Positions 38,001-51,554 of a DNA stretch of 64,000 bases are shown here, one piece after another. The notes under the pieces are model-generated. The model saw only the letters and a program-made list of their open reading frames with translations, was not told where the DNA came from and did no database searches. The position numbers were made by a program, and so were the translations under genes. The stretch is taken from positions 1,426,001-1,490,000 of the forward strand of contig NW_020845410.1 in the NCBI RefSeq assembly GCF_003704095.1, given 5' to 3'. Position 1 is the stretch's first letter; each line of letters opens with the position of its first letter. The stretch is from Pocillopora damicornis (taxonomy: Eukaryota).

Positions 38001-40199
38001 TTGCCAATTTGACTTCTAAGGTTAAATATAAGAGCGTGTTTTCCAAAGCCATTATCTTGTTATCTCCAAATGATTAATATATTTGACACCCATCAACTTT
38101 TCGTCTGTCTGCCAATTCTTAACAAATGAACACCGCCCTATAGTATTGGAGATCTTAGCTTTGAGATATTAGCGCCCTTTAGATCAGTCTATTAATTGTA
38201 TGGCTCTCAAATCTGACAGCTATTTTACATAATACCACAAATCTTAAAGAAAGCTGGAGCATTCTTCTGCTTCGCAGACCCTTTCCTAAAACACGTCTCC
38301 GTTGCCACTTTCCCTAAAACTTCCAATGGTCTCCATATGTTTCGTTCCTTAACATGGTTTTAGTTCAAAGCATGTATGTTACCCTTGGATAAAATGTTAC
38401 CCTGTCACCGTGTTACAACAAGGCACAAATCGGACTTCACATATTATTTTACTGATCTAAACAAGTTTTTCTGCTTTAGATAGAAAGCGCACAATAGAAA
38501 GATAGATGGAGTGAGCACAAGTTGATCTGAAATCTCAAGCACATCTGTTGTCTGCCCCGCCAATACCAGCCTTAGCCTCCTATAAAGCTGCAAGTGAAAT
38601 TTCAAGAACGATTCGGTTTCCTTTAGTGACCGATCAACAGAAGACTAACATCGCAAGAAAAGTAATATCTCTATGCTACGAAAAAAAGCTTCCATTTAGC
38701 ATCATACATTCGTCGAGACTAAGAATACCCGCACGCGAGAAGATAGTAACAAAACTGATCAAAAACTCCAATATGTTAAAAAATTGAAGATAGTATCAAA
38801 TACTCAAGAGAGTAGTTATGAAAAGCAACGCTATAAAACTGAAGTTTTTGAACTCTTTTCACAAATGTAAGTTGAGGCATTTTCCCCTCTCAACATAAGC
38901 GATGGCAAATATTGCTTTCATTGTAGAAGCAAACGAGAAAATGATATGAAGGGTGGGGCTATGAGCTGTACCGACAGGGAGAGGGCTTCGTCTCACATGC
39001 ACCAACAGCGAGGGGTTCCGTCACACATCAAACCAACCAATAGGGAAGGAAGGTAAACGAGACTTCTTTGTGGACGATAATAGAACGGCTATGATACCCA
39101 TTTGCAACGACCTATATAACTCCAAAGTGAAGCAATGCTGATAAAAACTTTTACTCAATTGACAAACGCTAAATAAGGATGAATTTCTCTTCTCTCCCTA
39201 TCGCTGCCTAAGCTAGGTTCGTAGAGAAAAGTGGCATTGACTTTTATACTTACTAAAAGTCCTCCATTGATGTTCTGTTCAGAGAATTATGGTAGAAAAC
39301 GTAGTTCTGGGAGTTTGAAGATTGCTCTCGACTCAAATTACCAGACAGACACCCACAGCTAAGATTTCTATTGTTTTAGGATCACTCAGACAAGAGCGAC
39401 GAGAACGAACTGGGCAATCTTGCGGTCATAAGAACAATATAAGCCCTTTTTGCCTTAACAAATATTGTGCACGCCCACTGGCCACGTTTTTTAAACTAAA
39501 ACAAACCCACTATTCTTTGGACTAAATCAAAAACTACTGCTGGAACAATTCAAAATAAATTCATTAAAAAATACTTTTACGACTTGTTTTGAAATAGAAA
39601 GAAACCTAACCTTTTACAAACTTCAACTACAAAAACAAACAAAAACCCGAGAGGAAAACAGCGCAAAAATGATTATATAATCAACGGTTACTCGTCACAA
39701 TTCATCGCAATTGTTTTTTGAAAAGGAAAGCCTTCTCTTAATGAAATAAGTTCCTAAGTTTTTGTGAATGTTGTCAACGTTTCTTTTATTATAACGGAGT
39801 AGGAATTTAAGCGAAGTTTTCATTGATGATTTAAGAAAAGCCTGAAGATTCACAGGTGAAATTTGAGGACAACATCTTCTTTATTTATGTATCATTTCAA
39901 ATAACTTCCCCTCTCTCAAGAAAATCGGAAACACTGACTCTTTTCATGACAAAAATGTCAGCAGTACCTGTGACAAAAGGAAGTTTTTAATTGTAGGTAT
40001 CAATAAGTTTTTCCTCCATGTGACAGCTCTCGATTGAGGGACAGACAAGGGGAAGAGAAACAACATATAGGGGTTCTTTGCCATTTTCAAAACTGATTTA
40101 TGTTAACGAGGAAAATCATTTAGATTCACGTTCGTTGAACCCACGGCCCTTTAGGATGTTGAGTTTTGCTTAATGGTTATCTAAGCACTGAAATACTTT

Positions 40200-40420
40200 G
40201 AGTAGACGATCTTGTACTTTGATGCATTTTACTGTTGCCGGTGACAGTGATTAATGTTATCGACATCCTGAGCGGAAGTCAACACCAGAGTCAAACGGGG
40301 GGTTGTTTGTTAGTCAAATGTGTTAGGTCTGGTTCATGGGAACTAAACTTCTACAGTGATGTTATTGGGTCGCCACACTCAGGATGTGATCGCTAGTTGC
40401 GGTTAGTCAGTTGGTAAAGT
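40200..40420 (-). mobile_element. Possible very decayed Penelope-type 3' end/pLTR
   Basis: The reverse strand gactctggtgttgacttccgctcaggatgtcgataacattaatc has minimal-hammerhead-like spacing, but the core is heavily mutated. Confidence 0.35.
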
Positions 40421-43400
40421 TATTTTTTCTACTCGATTCCTTAAGAACAAGTCGTTAGTGAGAGAAGGCTGGTAACTGTTAACATCTGTTGAGAGGGCTT
40501 TGATAGAGAAGTTAGCGAACCACCTCTCTAAGACAGTTTATGAAAATCGTCCAGGCTGTAAATTTAACATTTCGCAGGATCTTAGTTAGGAAGGAACATA
40601 GTCAGTCGATGATGATCATGAAGCAATATATTTGTTTACTTTCATCACCATTCATTGTTATTCCTTCCTAAACTATCATTGTATTGATAGTTTTAGTTTT
40701 CTTTCATTTACGTCATTGGTGAGAAAGAGCCTTTTTTTTCAAGAAACTTATTTTTCAAGCTTTTCTTTGCGTGTTTTAAAACAGTTCGAGGACTTTTCAG
40801 TTTCCAAGGAGGTACCGGATACGCTACTAAAACTCTACAAAAAATTCTCCAGTAATTCACAAAACCCTATGAGAATGACACTGAGCCGATTTGCCAAAAC
40901 ATCCTGAGCAACATGAAGCCCGAAATTTACAATTTCCCACAAAAGGTCAGATTTGTCGGTGCATTGACGTAAGTATTGCGTGAGAAACCAAGAAGAAGCG
41001 AGATATATCTTTAAGCTGAAAACTTGGCACACATCGCCAAAGCTAAAATTCCCTCTATAATTAGTCACGTTTCTTAACATGTTTCAGCTGATTTGGCATG
41101 AAATTTGAACATCATCACTATTTAGCCTAAGGATCTTAAAATACTTCGTAAAGTCAATATGTTTCAACGCGTTTCTTCAATGTTCCAATTTTATACACAC
41201 GGCTCCTGTCGAGCAATGAGTTCATCCCTTTTGTCTTAATCCAAGACACCAGGCAGAGGTTACTGACAGTAAACTTGGCCATTTCAAATACTTAGAATTT
41301 TTCGATGTGTCTGCCAAAAATTTTGTTCTCTTTCAGTCAACCAAGGAGTTATCAAAAAATCTAAGCAGTCGGCTCCAACAAAGGAACTTTTCTCTCTTCT
41401 ATTTAACGAAAACGACGAGTAACCATTTTGATATAAGTGATAAGATTGTCTGAAGAGGAGCGTGGGCAATGCAAAGGAAAAGGTTGCTCTTGTCACCCTC
41501 ACAGTAGGCAAAATGCAACACAATGTGAAGTATGTGTTCCGGTTTAAGGTTGTGAATGTATCACTGATTTAACAAAACACTAGCGGACAGGCCAGACGTC
41601 TTCGATACAACTAGGTGTTTACCGTCGTGTTTACTGCTTAGATTGACGAAGACGTTTACTATATGGGTTCACCGTCCGTTATGAAAAGGTTCAGTATATC
41701 GAGTTTCCTGAGACAGTTGAGTAAAAGAACACAACGGATAAATGCCTCACAGAAATTTAAACGCAAATTAGCCAAAGAGAGCAAGGGAGAGATACACTTC
41801 GGTTTTAGCTTTGTCTTTGAGCGACAGCCACAAATGACTTAGAAAAAAAAAACTCAGAATTTTGAGGTATCAGAAGACAATGTATCATGTGTTCGATGTG
41901 TTTTTAAAAGGAAAGGTTTATTTTGTTAACTTTGGTTTATTTGAAACGCAAATAATTCAAAACTATTACCAAGTATGTTGTGAGATTTGCAGCTACAGAA
42001 AAAGTTTCGAACAGGTAGTAATAACTGGGTGGTGGCTTTTAAGGATTAGTTTCAAACGTTTACGTAAAAAACACACACGAAAGAATTGTTCTTAGCTAAG
42101 CTTAGTCTCCAACACAGACTTGAAAAGATTGTACATCACAAGAGACATTCCAACATGAAAGTGACATTGTAAGGTTGTGAATGTTCTTAATGTTCCATCG
42201 AAACCGAAAACTTAGTCAATGAAGTTTAAAAGCAATTTTCACAGTACACAGGTATGCACTTATTGGCTTTAGTTACTGAACAATATCAGTCTTAAAAAAT
42301 GAGTGAAAATATTTCAGTATGACAGCAAGATGGTGAAAACGTGTTGTTTTAGTAAAACATGTGTTCGGGTACTCGAAATTTTGTGAAAAATACTCCTGTT
42401 TACACATGATTTTCATATTTTGTTTAGGACACTTCGGTACGCAAGTACACGCTGAGAAACTAGCTTGCGTTTCAGCCACTTAGTATAGCTGCTAGACAAC
42501 AGCTTTTTCAGACTTTTATCTTTAGACCCAAAAGTTCAACTGTGCAATTAACCGGAGCACATGAAAGTATATAGAGACAACAGCTTCTGCCTTGTTGTCT
42601 GGCGTTAAGTCGAAATTAGAACCACGTTTTACTTTGTAGAACTCAGCACAATATGGCTTGAGGTGACACATCACGTTGTATGCTCGTGTTCGAGAAATTA
42701 TGTCTCTAATCGTATCGACGTATCCTATATCTTTGATCTTCTTCTACTGAGGCGAAGAAAAGTTCTTTAACAACAATAACATCCATCTCAGTTACAGCAA
42801 TACGAGGCAGTGCACAGCTGCCAACCAAATCCGTAATTGTAATTAATCTTGGAAGTAAGCAACCTACTTAGTTCAGTCACGTTTCTGGAGATGTTTTTTT
42901 TCTTTTTTATCAGGATGATTGAAGATTGTTATGGTTTGCAGTATCATATTAAAGCCACAAAAAGATTATACTTTTATGGGGCAATAAATGTTTAATCTTG
43001 TTCTTTATAATTGGATAAATATTAACCTAAAACCTTTCGACAGAGCAAATTAATTGCAAACGACAAAATTTCTTGACGCTAATGTTCTCAATCTAATCTT
43101 TGTAAACCCACTTCTTAAATGATGGAAGCCAAAGAAAAATAAGCTCAACTGAATTTGAAAGGCGAAGATTTCTCAGGTGTCTGCGTTTCATTATTTGGTT
43201 CAAGACGACGAAACGGACGGAAATAAAAATAAATCAAAGAGATCATGATTGATAATTTTCGCGCAGTGTAATGTTGCAGTGTAATATTGCATATATGACA
43301 TGTGAAATGTGATCTTCTAGGACACTTTTTACGACGCCCTCTTCAAAGAGAAGGAAATTGCACGAGATTCTCAGGCCTTTTACATCCCATCCTCAAAAGT

Positions 43401-46400
43401 TACACCCAACAATCGATAAGATTTCAGCTTTCTTTACTCGACCAAATTGACAATCGTCGCGAATGACAAGAAGAATAAAGTGCGCGCACGCCAGTCTACC
43501 GCTTATGTTGCAGACTTCACGACTGTCTGAAAATTTTGACTCCGTCTGCCACAATACTAACTCACCACGATCGCTACATTTGTATTTCCGAGCACAAGGA
43601 GCATCACGTTCGCATATGCAAACACCGAGATCATGATTCTGTAAGTGCGCTAAGTTAGAGTCCCAGAGCACTAGGACGCGCGTGCGATTGATATACCCTC
43701 ACACGAGGACGTTACGAAATAAACCGTTATGGCACGGAAAGGGCAGTCGCTTATCCAAGACCCAAGGCGCCAATGAAAACATAAAACAATTAATTGAACG
43801 GTGTATGTAATTGTTTAAAAGAGGCAAAGTTTACAGAGGTGAACCTTCTTTGGGGCATTCGAATACATTTGGTGTTGGTCAGTTGAAAATGGCCTCGAGA
43901 ACTATTTCAGTTTTATCTTGCATTACACAGTTAGGAAGCGAGTTAAGAGATCGCCGTCATTTCCTTTGACTTTCACACTTCACTGTTTAAGTTTGTGGTT
44001 TTCTAGTTAAGCCGAGGTTGTTGTAAATGTTTCTTCTAGTTGTTCTTAGTGACCTAAGGGGCAATATTTGCACTCAAAGGTATTTCTAATTTTAGCCGAG
44101 ATCAATCGCAACCAACATTTCGTACAACACGATGTCATCTAATGTCTGCACTCGTCTTTACCAAACACTTAAATACATAAATTCTAAAATCTGACACGGT
44201 TGTACATTACCTTGCAGAGATGTTTATCCTTCACTTCAGCCGTATGAATGGTTTGTCAGTGGCTTCCGAAAGAACAGCACCAAGCAACGTTCAAGGAATA
44301 TTATGTTGCTGAGTGTAATATGATCGTACCAAGGTTCACCGATATCTCGTGACCAGACTTCTTAATCTAACGGAAACGATGATCTAAAAGCATAAATGCC
44401 AGCGCGAACGCAACTGCATAACAGAGGATAAAAACTGAGATCTGCTTCCCTAATAAAACAAGGTAAAGGAAGATTAATGTAAATTCGAGGCTGATCGCTT
44501 CATTCTCTGCTCTGATTAGGCATTTAAAGCCCCGTAAGAGGAGATCGCATTCAAACGTTTATCCGCGACCAAAGTCGCGAATGCAGACGTGTAAAGTTCT
44601 GTGCGATAAAAATAATTGTTTTTCCACTTTGGGGTAACCATCAAAGCGACCTTCACAAGTTTCTTGTTGACCTAATATGATGATGTAAAAATGTCAAAAG
44701 ATTTTATCGGTTGAAACCTCATCTGCAACCCTCTCTATGTTGTTTTCTCGCTAATTTTGGGTCGGCGTCAAAAGCTTTGATCCGACCTATACAGTTAGGT
44801 TATTTCTCTATAATCCTTTGCGGAAGTATGTTTTTATGGTTCTTTATCACGGGAAGCAAAGCCTGAAAACTGATGCCAAACATTCTATTCATTTCATCCT
44901 TGAGCTAGATTACTAAATTGAAATAAAAAATCATACAAAATTCTCGTGAGTTTTGTTTTCACTTATGAAAACCCCACAAAATTCAAGGATGCCTATCATG
45001 AGAATTAAACTATTAATGAACTTTGTCACGCGAACCCTCCAATAGCCTGATCGAATGATTTCGTCGCGGAAGCCAGTGAAAAAAGGCGCATGCGTGTGTC
45101 TTATCACAACCCACATGGTACTGCTTAACGATCTTACCTTGTCTAAAAGTTCATATGGAGCAAACAGACAATGTTTTGAAACATAACGTCCGTGAAGCAA
45201 TGTGTCCACGTTGTATATCTTCGGGTGTAAGGGCCAGATACAATAAAACAGGAATTGGAAGCACATCAGTGTAGGCAAGTATGAATTTTGGACAATTCGT
45301 AAAAGTGAACAAGATTCCTACTGGTGAGAACACTTGTCCCGGCTGCGAGAACGGAAATGGCCTCGTTCCGTTCATCAGCTCCCCATCGTTATACGATGTT
45401 TACGGTCAGTTGTATCTTACGTCATGAGAAAATAATTGTTCTGTTGCCAACACTTAGATGTCAACACTTTCTTCAAGGAGTTCGTACGATCGTAGAAAAC
45501 TCGGAAGTTTGTGGGGCACGTGGTTTAATTACCAAGAAAAGTTTACTTTGGCGAGATCTCAATTTAGCTGACGTTTTTATTAGATTTCTTTCTTAAATTA
45601 TCATCTTCGTCCTGAATAATTCAATCTATCATTTCTTAATCTTTTTAATGGAATCCCTCTACTTTAAAAGTAAAACTTTAAAACTGTAATACTACAATAG
45701 AGCATAGATTTAGTTACATACTTCCGAAAGGCTGGCTGTGGGTTAAAATGTCCTGCCTAGGAAAAAAAAGAATTGATAAGAATTGACAACCTTGAGACAG
45801 TCTGCGAGTGCGGTGGCTCAGTTTACACTGAAGGATCATCTCAACGTTTTCTTCCTGATTTGCAGCCCGATGTTTTCCTTCAGCGAACTAGGAAATTTTT
45901 AACTTCAATCTGCAGATCTGCAGACTGAAATTTATTACTTTGTGAACCGTATTGTTTAAAAAAAAAAAAAAAAAAAGTGGGGAGGGTGGACAAATTACCT
46001 TGCTGATTCTTTGCACTATATCAAAGAAATAATTAGCTTTTGGATTTCAATTTATTGGCAAGATTGTGCGTACCTTGTTACAAATTCAAGAGGAATTTTT
46101 TTCGGATTTATCATTATTGCTGTATATTCATGGCAGATGGGGAAAGAAACAACTAATCAAGATGTTTTCTTACTGGTGATTACACCAAATTTTCGACGAT
46201 CAAGGTTTGTACGGATTTTCAAAAAATGAGGGGGAAATGGTAAAGTAAGAGTTGTAGTTGATGCTCCAACTGAGCTCAGGATACAGAATTGACCAAAGCT
46301 GTTATAGGATTCAAGGAACAGTTGATATCGATCCCATTCTTTGGGGTACAAAAATGCTCCATAAATTAAAACGCAGCTGTTAACCTGCCGGCGATACAGG

Positions 46401-46505
46401 GCAACCAAAGTGTATCGCAGACAATTAAAAAATTCTAAGTATCGTTCAAGCAATCTCGATGATAGAAATATTCTCACAAAGAAAGAAAAAAAAACACGTT
46501 TACAG

Positions 46506-46900
46506 AGGGTCTCAATAGGGTTAACCGTGAGCCGGAAAACAGCCAAAAATTAGCCGTCAGGTGTAAGCAATTGACAAATTTAACACTATAACCCCTAAGA
46601 GTGACTAACATCTTGATTCTCCTTACAACATCACCCTTGAATCAAACATTAAGGTCATGAGAATAAAGGAAATGATCACCAACTAAAGAAGCTCTTGATA
46701 GTAGAACAAATTCTCCTTGACAGAACCCTTGGAAATGTCTAGGGAGTAGTAAGGAGAATACGGATACTGATGTTAGTCGTAAAAAGAAAACAACCGTAAA
46801 ACAATTTCTGGTGACAACAATGGGAAGATATCAACCGTTAGCCCAAAATTGGCCAAAATTTTAACCGTTAGCCGTAAAAGCCATCACTCCATTGAAACCA
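46506..46900. mobile_element. MITE with aaccgttagcc subrepeats containing a nested family B MITE (~46590-46777)
   Basis: Termini ggtctcaat...attgaaacc, with repeated aaccgt(g/t)agcc. The internal segment is the reverse complement of the 55610-55823 family. Confidence 0.65.
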
Positions 46901-47164
46901 TCTATATAGTCTTAGACATTCGTATCTTGATGGAGTTATTTTTGCCCGTTTACTAATTTGCGCCCATCAATTGCAAAAGTTATCTACAGCTGCTTGATCT
47001 ACTAACTACAGTTACGATTGAAAAACGTTTTTGAAAGTTACGCTATATAAACGTGAATTGCATAGCCCGCGAGAATAGGTAGGTTTCCTAGTCCATTTTA
47101 CGTTACAATGAATCAGTCCACTTCCCATTGTTTGAAGCTGATGCATAAAAAAGCCTTCTTGTCT

Positions 47165-50100
47165 CTATACATCAGCCAGTTTTAACCATTTTTCATACAG
47201 TTCATCCTTTTCTTTTCGGAGTTCTGCCATCTTCACTCGAAGCTCACTCAATTCTGTTTTCATCTCATCACAATCTCGTTTTATCTCTGCCGCTTTGTCT
47301 TCATTAATTGAGTCAATATTTTTCTCTGTGCAGAGTCTAGTGTCCAAGAGTTTTTGATAGTTATTTCCGTCAGTACGAATATTCTTCTGGTAATTCTTAA
47401 TGAGCGATTGCAACGACTGACAAGAATTTTGCAGCGCGTGGGATTCTTCCTTCAACTTACACTCCGCGATGTTAAGGAAATGTATGAGTGCCTCTACGCT
47501 ATCGATGATTATCGCACTGGAGGGATCTAGTTCACATGTCCTACGATAGTATTGAACAAGAAAACCAAAATCACCACGAATTTTGCTCAGTCTTGTCACT
47601 ACATCCAAGAAACGAGTAAGCTGATCACATGCCTGGTCTAGTTGTTTCTTTCTTTCGCTTGAACTTCCACCTTGAGGAAATTGAGTCCAGGGTTTTGGTA
47701 ATATTTCCTTATGACTATTCCTTAAAGGAGCAGCGTCCGTGTTGACGGGGGCGGCCCTGTTCTGATTCAGACTGCTGCTGACTGACTGAGCAGATGGCTC
47801 AGGAATATCAACGCTGTTGCTCATAGAGGACCTTCTCACAGTGGCAAAATGAAGACGTTGCACCAAGGGATACACAGGAGTTGGTTGTGGCGCCACAGAA
47901 ACACACTGAATGCTAGGTTGCTGCCAGCCTGACGGTGAAATGAAAGGGATTGCTACTAAAGGATAAAACCGCTGGAGACTTGCTGGGGGTGTTTGAGGCG
48001 GCACCGTATTCACAGTAACAGAATTTCCTGATTGTGGCAAACGGCTTTGCTGTGCGTTGACAACTTCTACTGGCCTGACGTTTGAAGACGCCATACTGTG
48101 GGATAGTGGAAGATTACCTGAAGGATGCATGTTTGGGCTGCTCAACGGCACGACGATGGAATTCCCTGTATGTGCCGTGGTTATTGCAGGCCTGACATTT
48201 GAATACACCACACTAAGGGATGGTCGCAGATTACCCGAAGGATGCGTGCTTGGGCTGCTAAAAGGCATGACAATAGGGTACATTGTTTGTGCCGTGGTTA
48301 CTGCTCGCCTAACGTTTGAAGACGTTATATCTGGAGATGTTCGCAGATCGACCGGAGGAAACAGTTTGGGGCTGCTCAAAGGCATGCAGACGGAATCCCT
48401 TGTACGTAACGTGGTTACTGAGGATGACAAACGGCATTGTTGTTTTTTAACGTCTTCCACTTTTACTGGCCTCACGTTTGGAGAGGCTGCTCTAACAAAG
48501 GGTTGCAGACTATCTGGGTTGCTTAAAGGCGCGACAATGGGATTTCCTGTTTGCACCGTGGCTATTGAGGAAGGCAAACGGTAATGTTGTGCGTTGGCGT
48601 CTTCTAATTTGACAGGTCTCACTTTTGAAGACGCGTCACTAGGAAATGGTCGCAGATTGCTCGAAGGATGCATGTTTGGGCTGCTCGATGGCGCGACAAA
48701 AGAATTTCCTGAATGAGCCGTGGTTATTGAGGATGGCGAATAGTACTGTTGTGCGTTGGCGTCTTCTACTTTTACTGTCCTCACGTTTGGAGACGCAGCA
48801 CTAGGAAATGGTCGCAGAGTTGCCGAATGGTGCATGTTAGGACTACTGAAAGACAACGAACTCATCTCTTTTACAGTGTTTATTTGAGTAACTACATCAT
48901 GAACCTTATGAGGCACACTATCTGATGCTGACGTCTTTCTGTAATTGGATGCCTCAGAAGAAACACAAGAAAAAGACGATTCTTCATTGGCCGTAGCTGA
49001 AAATGTCCGGTTACAGTTATTTTTATTCGCTTGTTGAGGTATTACCCCAGGTAATGACAAGCCATGAGAGGATCTTTGTTGTTTCAACGGACGGCTTGGC
49101 ATTTCAGGAGGAACTGCGTAACGCTGATTACTATCTGAATGGCTGGAATTTTCACCACTGCCAGTTATCAACCCTGATGAGAGCGTAAGGCAAGGAGTGG
49201 CCACTTGAGAAGTCGATGTTGCCACGTGCATTGGCTGCTGCAATTCTCCCTCTCCCAGGAAACAAGTAACTTTGTCTGCAGGCATGTTTGAAGACACTTT
49301 ACCTTTATTCAATGCAACAGGCATAGAACCTAGAGAGAAAAGAGAGAATAGAAATGTAAAGTAAGAAAAATAATTCTAAATCAACAAAAGATATAATTGA
49401 ATGGGAAGAAGAACCACAGTAAATAGTATAAGAGAGATGGTAACTTTTGAGGTCGGTAAAGAAATAGAGAAAGATGTTTTTCGTCTTGTCACGAGCGTGG
49501 GACAAAGAAAAAATTCAGAGTCCCCGTGAGGAATCGAACATCAGAGGTTCGCATTCCGCGCACCTATGCTCTACTACCGAGCAACAGAGACTCTAATGTG
49601 AGCGAAGCCTATAACGAAGTTCATATGACACGAGTCCTGCATAATGCTTGGATCAGCATATGTCGATAGCGTCATGTTCGTAAATAGAATAAGAGAGAAG
49701 AACCACAGTGCGCTTAAATCCTGGGTCAAACAATTGAGTTAACCAATTGGAAAATAGTACAGTCCATTTTTAAAAATATCCTTTTCCCTACTGACCAGGA
49801 TGGGATCTTGCAAGATTCTTCTTTCTTCCAGCGCTAACACTCATTCTTGCCGCGTTCTTTACCCTTGGATCACGTCGCTTGACTTTACCGCATCTCTCTC
49901 CACTTGTGCACCCAAGACAGGTACTAGAACAACACCTGCTTGTAATCAAAATTCGTCTAGATTTCCTCTGTGTGGAGTCTCCTGACACATCATGACCCAC
50001 TCTCTTCTTGCCAAGGTGTTTTGCAGCAGATGGCAAATACTGTATTGAAAATCCAACATTCCCTGGCAATGGAATACACTTTCCAACATCAATTTCATCC

Positions 50101-50213
50101 AACACAACCTTGAAGTCACGTATCTCTCGGTTCAGACTTGAGCGCAATGTGTTCTGTTTTATGAAGGTATCCACAGACACGCCTTTATCAGCTTTTTCCC
50201 TTCTGCTGTTCAT
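47165..50213 (-). CDS. Uncharacterised ~860-aa protein: basic/Cys-containing N-terminus, six 39-54-aa Ser/Pro-rich repeats, C-terminal helical/coiled-coil region (2 coding exons)
   Basis: Exon 50213-49796 (donor G|gtcagt, phase 1) joins exon 49329-47165 (acceptor tttctctctag) in frame. An in-frame TAG lies upstream of the ATG. The second exon is a 2.1-kb uninterrupted ORF in AT-rich DNA. Confidence 0.8.
49421..49695 (-). mobile_element. tRNA-derived SINE-like unit, circularly permuted, flanked by a 14-bp TSD
   Basis: tRNA-like segment at 49593-49518 (GAGTCTC/GGGACTC acceptor stem, A and B boxes, T6 downstream). TSD agaagaaccacagt at 49407-49420 and 49696-49709. Homologous to 61345-61780. Confidence 0.85.
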
Positions 50214-50289
50214 TATTGCTGGACAGTCTGTCTACCCAAGACCTAACAGGCTTTTTATCTGTTGAGTGTAAAGACAGTAAATTAAACAA

Positions 50290-50445
50290 AAACTAATTTG
50301 AATAATAATAGTACTAATTATAGCAATAATAATGTTAATGGTAATAATTTAAAAAAATGATGATAGTAAAAATAATAATAATGATAGTAGAGGTAAAGAA
50401 AATAATTACAAAAATTATCATGATGATAACAATAATATCATTTAG
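50290..50445. repeat. Degenerate (AAT)n low-complexity tract
   Basis: aataataatagt...aataataataatgatagt... Confidence 0.8.
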
Positions 50446-51554
50446 ATTGATTTCTAATCATCTGTGATGGTAATGGGACTAAGTGGAGTCTAATTCGGTC
50501 TGAAATCATACCAGTGATAACAGCTGTATAACAATAACAGTATTCACCATTAATAGTAAAGGTAAAAATAAACTGTCATCATTCATATACTAAGAGAAAT
50601 AAGCTTCGAAACTGTTGTTGTAAATATGCGAAAAATCTGATAAGTATTCTTATCATCCAATTTATTACTATGAGAATAGTGTAATAGGGTTTTCATGGGG
50701 ATGCTTTTAAAAGATTTCCAAGCATTTGAAAGTCAGATTGTACTAATAAACAATACTTATACATTGTAGGGAAATAAGATCGAGTAGCTATCGTATATAA
50801 AATGAAATTACGTGTGCACCTTTCATTTGTCCCAAACTTCGAGAAAAAAAATACATCTGGTGCTGGTCCTTCGAAATTAAAAAATGCTGTAGGGTTTTTA
50901 AGCATATCTTTGCGATAACAAGGATTCGATCGCCTGTTTAGAGATTTGGTCACTCGCTTCTGTCGAACTACTCAACATAATAAACTCAGCAATACAAAGA
51001 TTTTTTCTAAGTAATACGCAGCAGCTAATACTCAAGACATACTTACACACCAAATACTTCTCGAGACTACAATAGCCATTTGCGAACCATTCGAAAGGAT
51101 CGACAAGATATATCTATGCTTCTGGATAATAAGTAAAATGGCGGTCAAAACAGTTTGTAGTTCCCAGGAGACATCGAGGAAAGCTCGAACAGATGTCAAG
51201 GGTGCCTTTGTCACGCAACACAACAGGTCACTTTCTAATTTCTCACCACCTCCAGTAGGATTTGCAAAATTTGATTTGCCTCTTTTATTTTTAATTCAGA
51301 CTGAGTTCCTATATGAGTAAAAAAATAAACAGATAAATCAATTAAAAAAATCAATCAATCGGTGAATACAGCCGCGGTGTCATGACAGAGTACTAATTTT
51401 TCCTTTGACTTTACATCTGTTTTTTTGTTGTTGTTGTTCGTATGCGTTTAATATTGCATGTGCTCAGCTTGTGTCTCCTGCACTCACAAATCAAGCAAAA
51501 GAACTTACGTAAATGAGAGTTACCATTATCTTCCCATAGTCCCGTATAATTATA

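Noticed and set aside
44931-45600. Overlapping ORFs suggesting a decayed gene upstream of NR2F
   Set aside because: No recognisable domain or consistent exon structure.
48057-48584. 175-aa plus-strand ORF with repeats
   Set aside because: Antisense shadow of the repeat region of the 47165-50213 gene.
49518-49593. Functional tRNA gene
   Set aside because: The anticodon arm is irregular and the module is embedded in a TSD-flanked repeat with decayed sister copies, so it is treated as tRNA-derived.
49625-49680. Twister ribozyme in the tRNA-derived repeat
   Set aside because: A hairpin and possible pseudoknot exist, but the conserved twister cleavage-site and second-pseudoknot nucleotides do not match.
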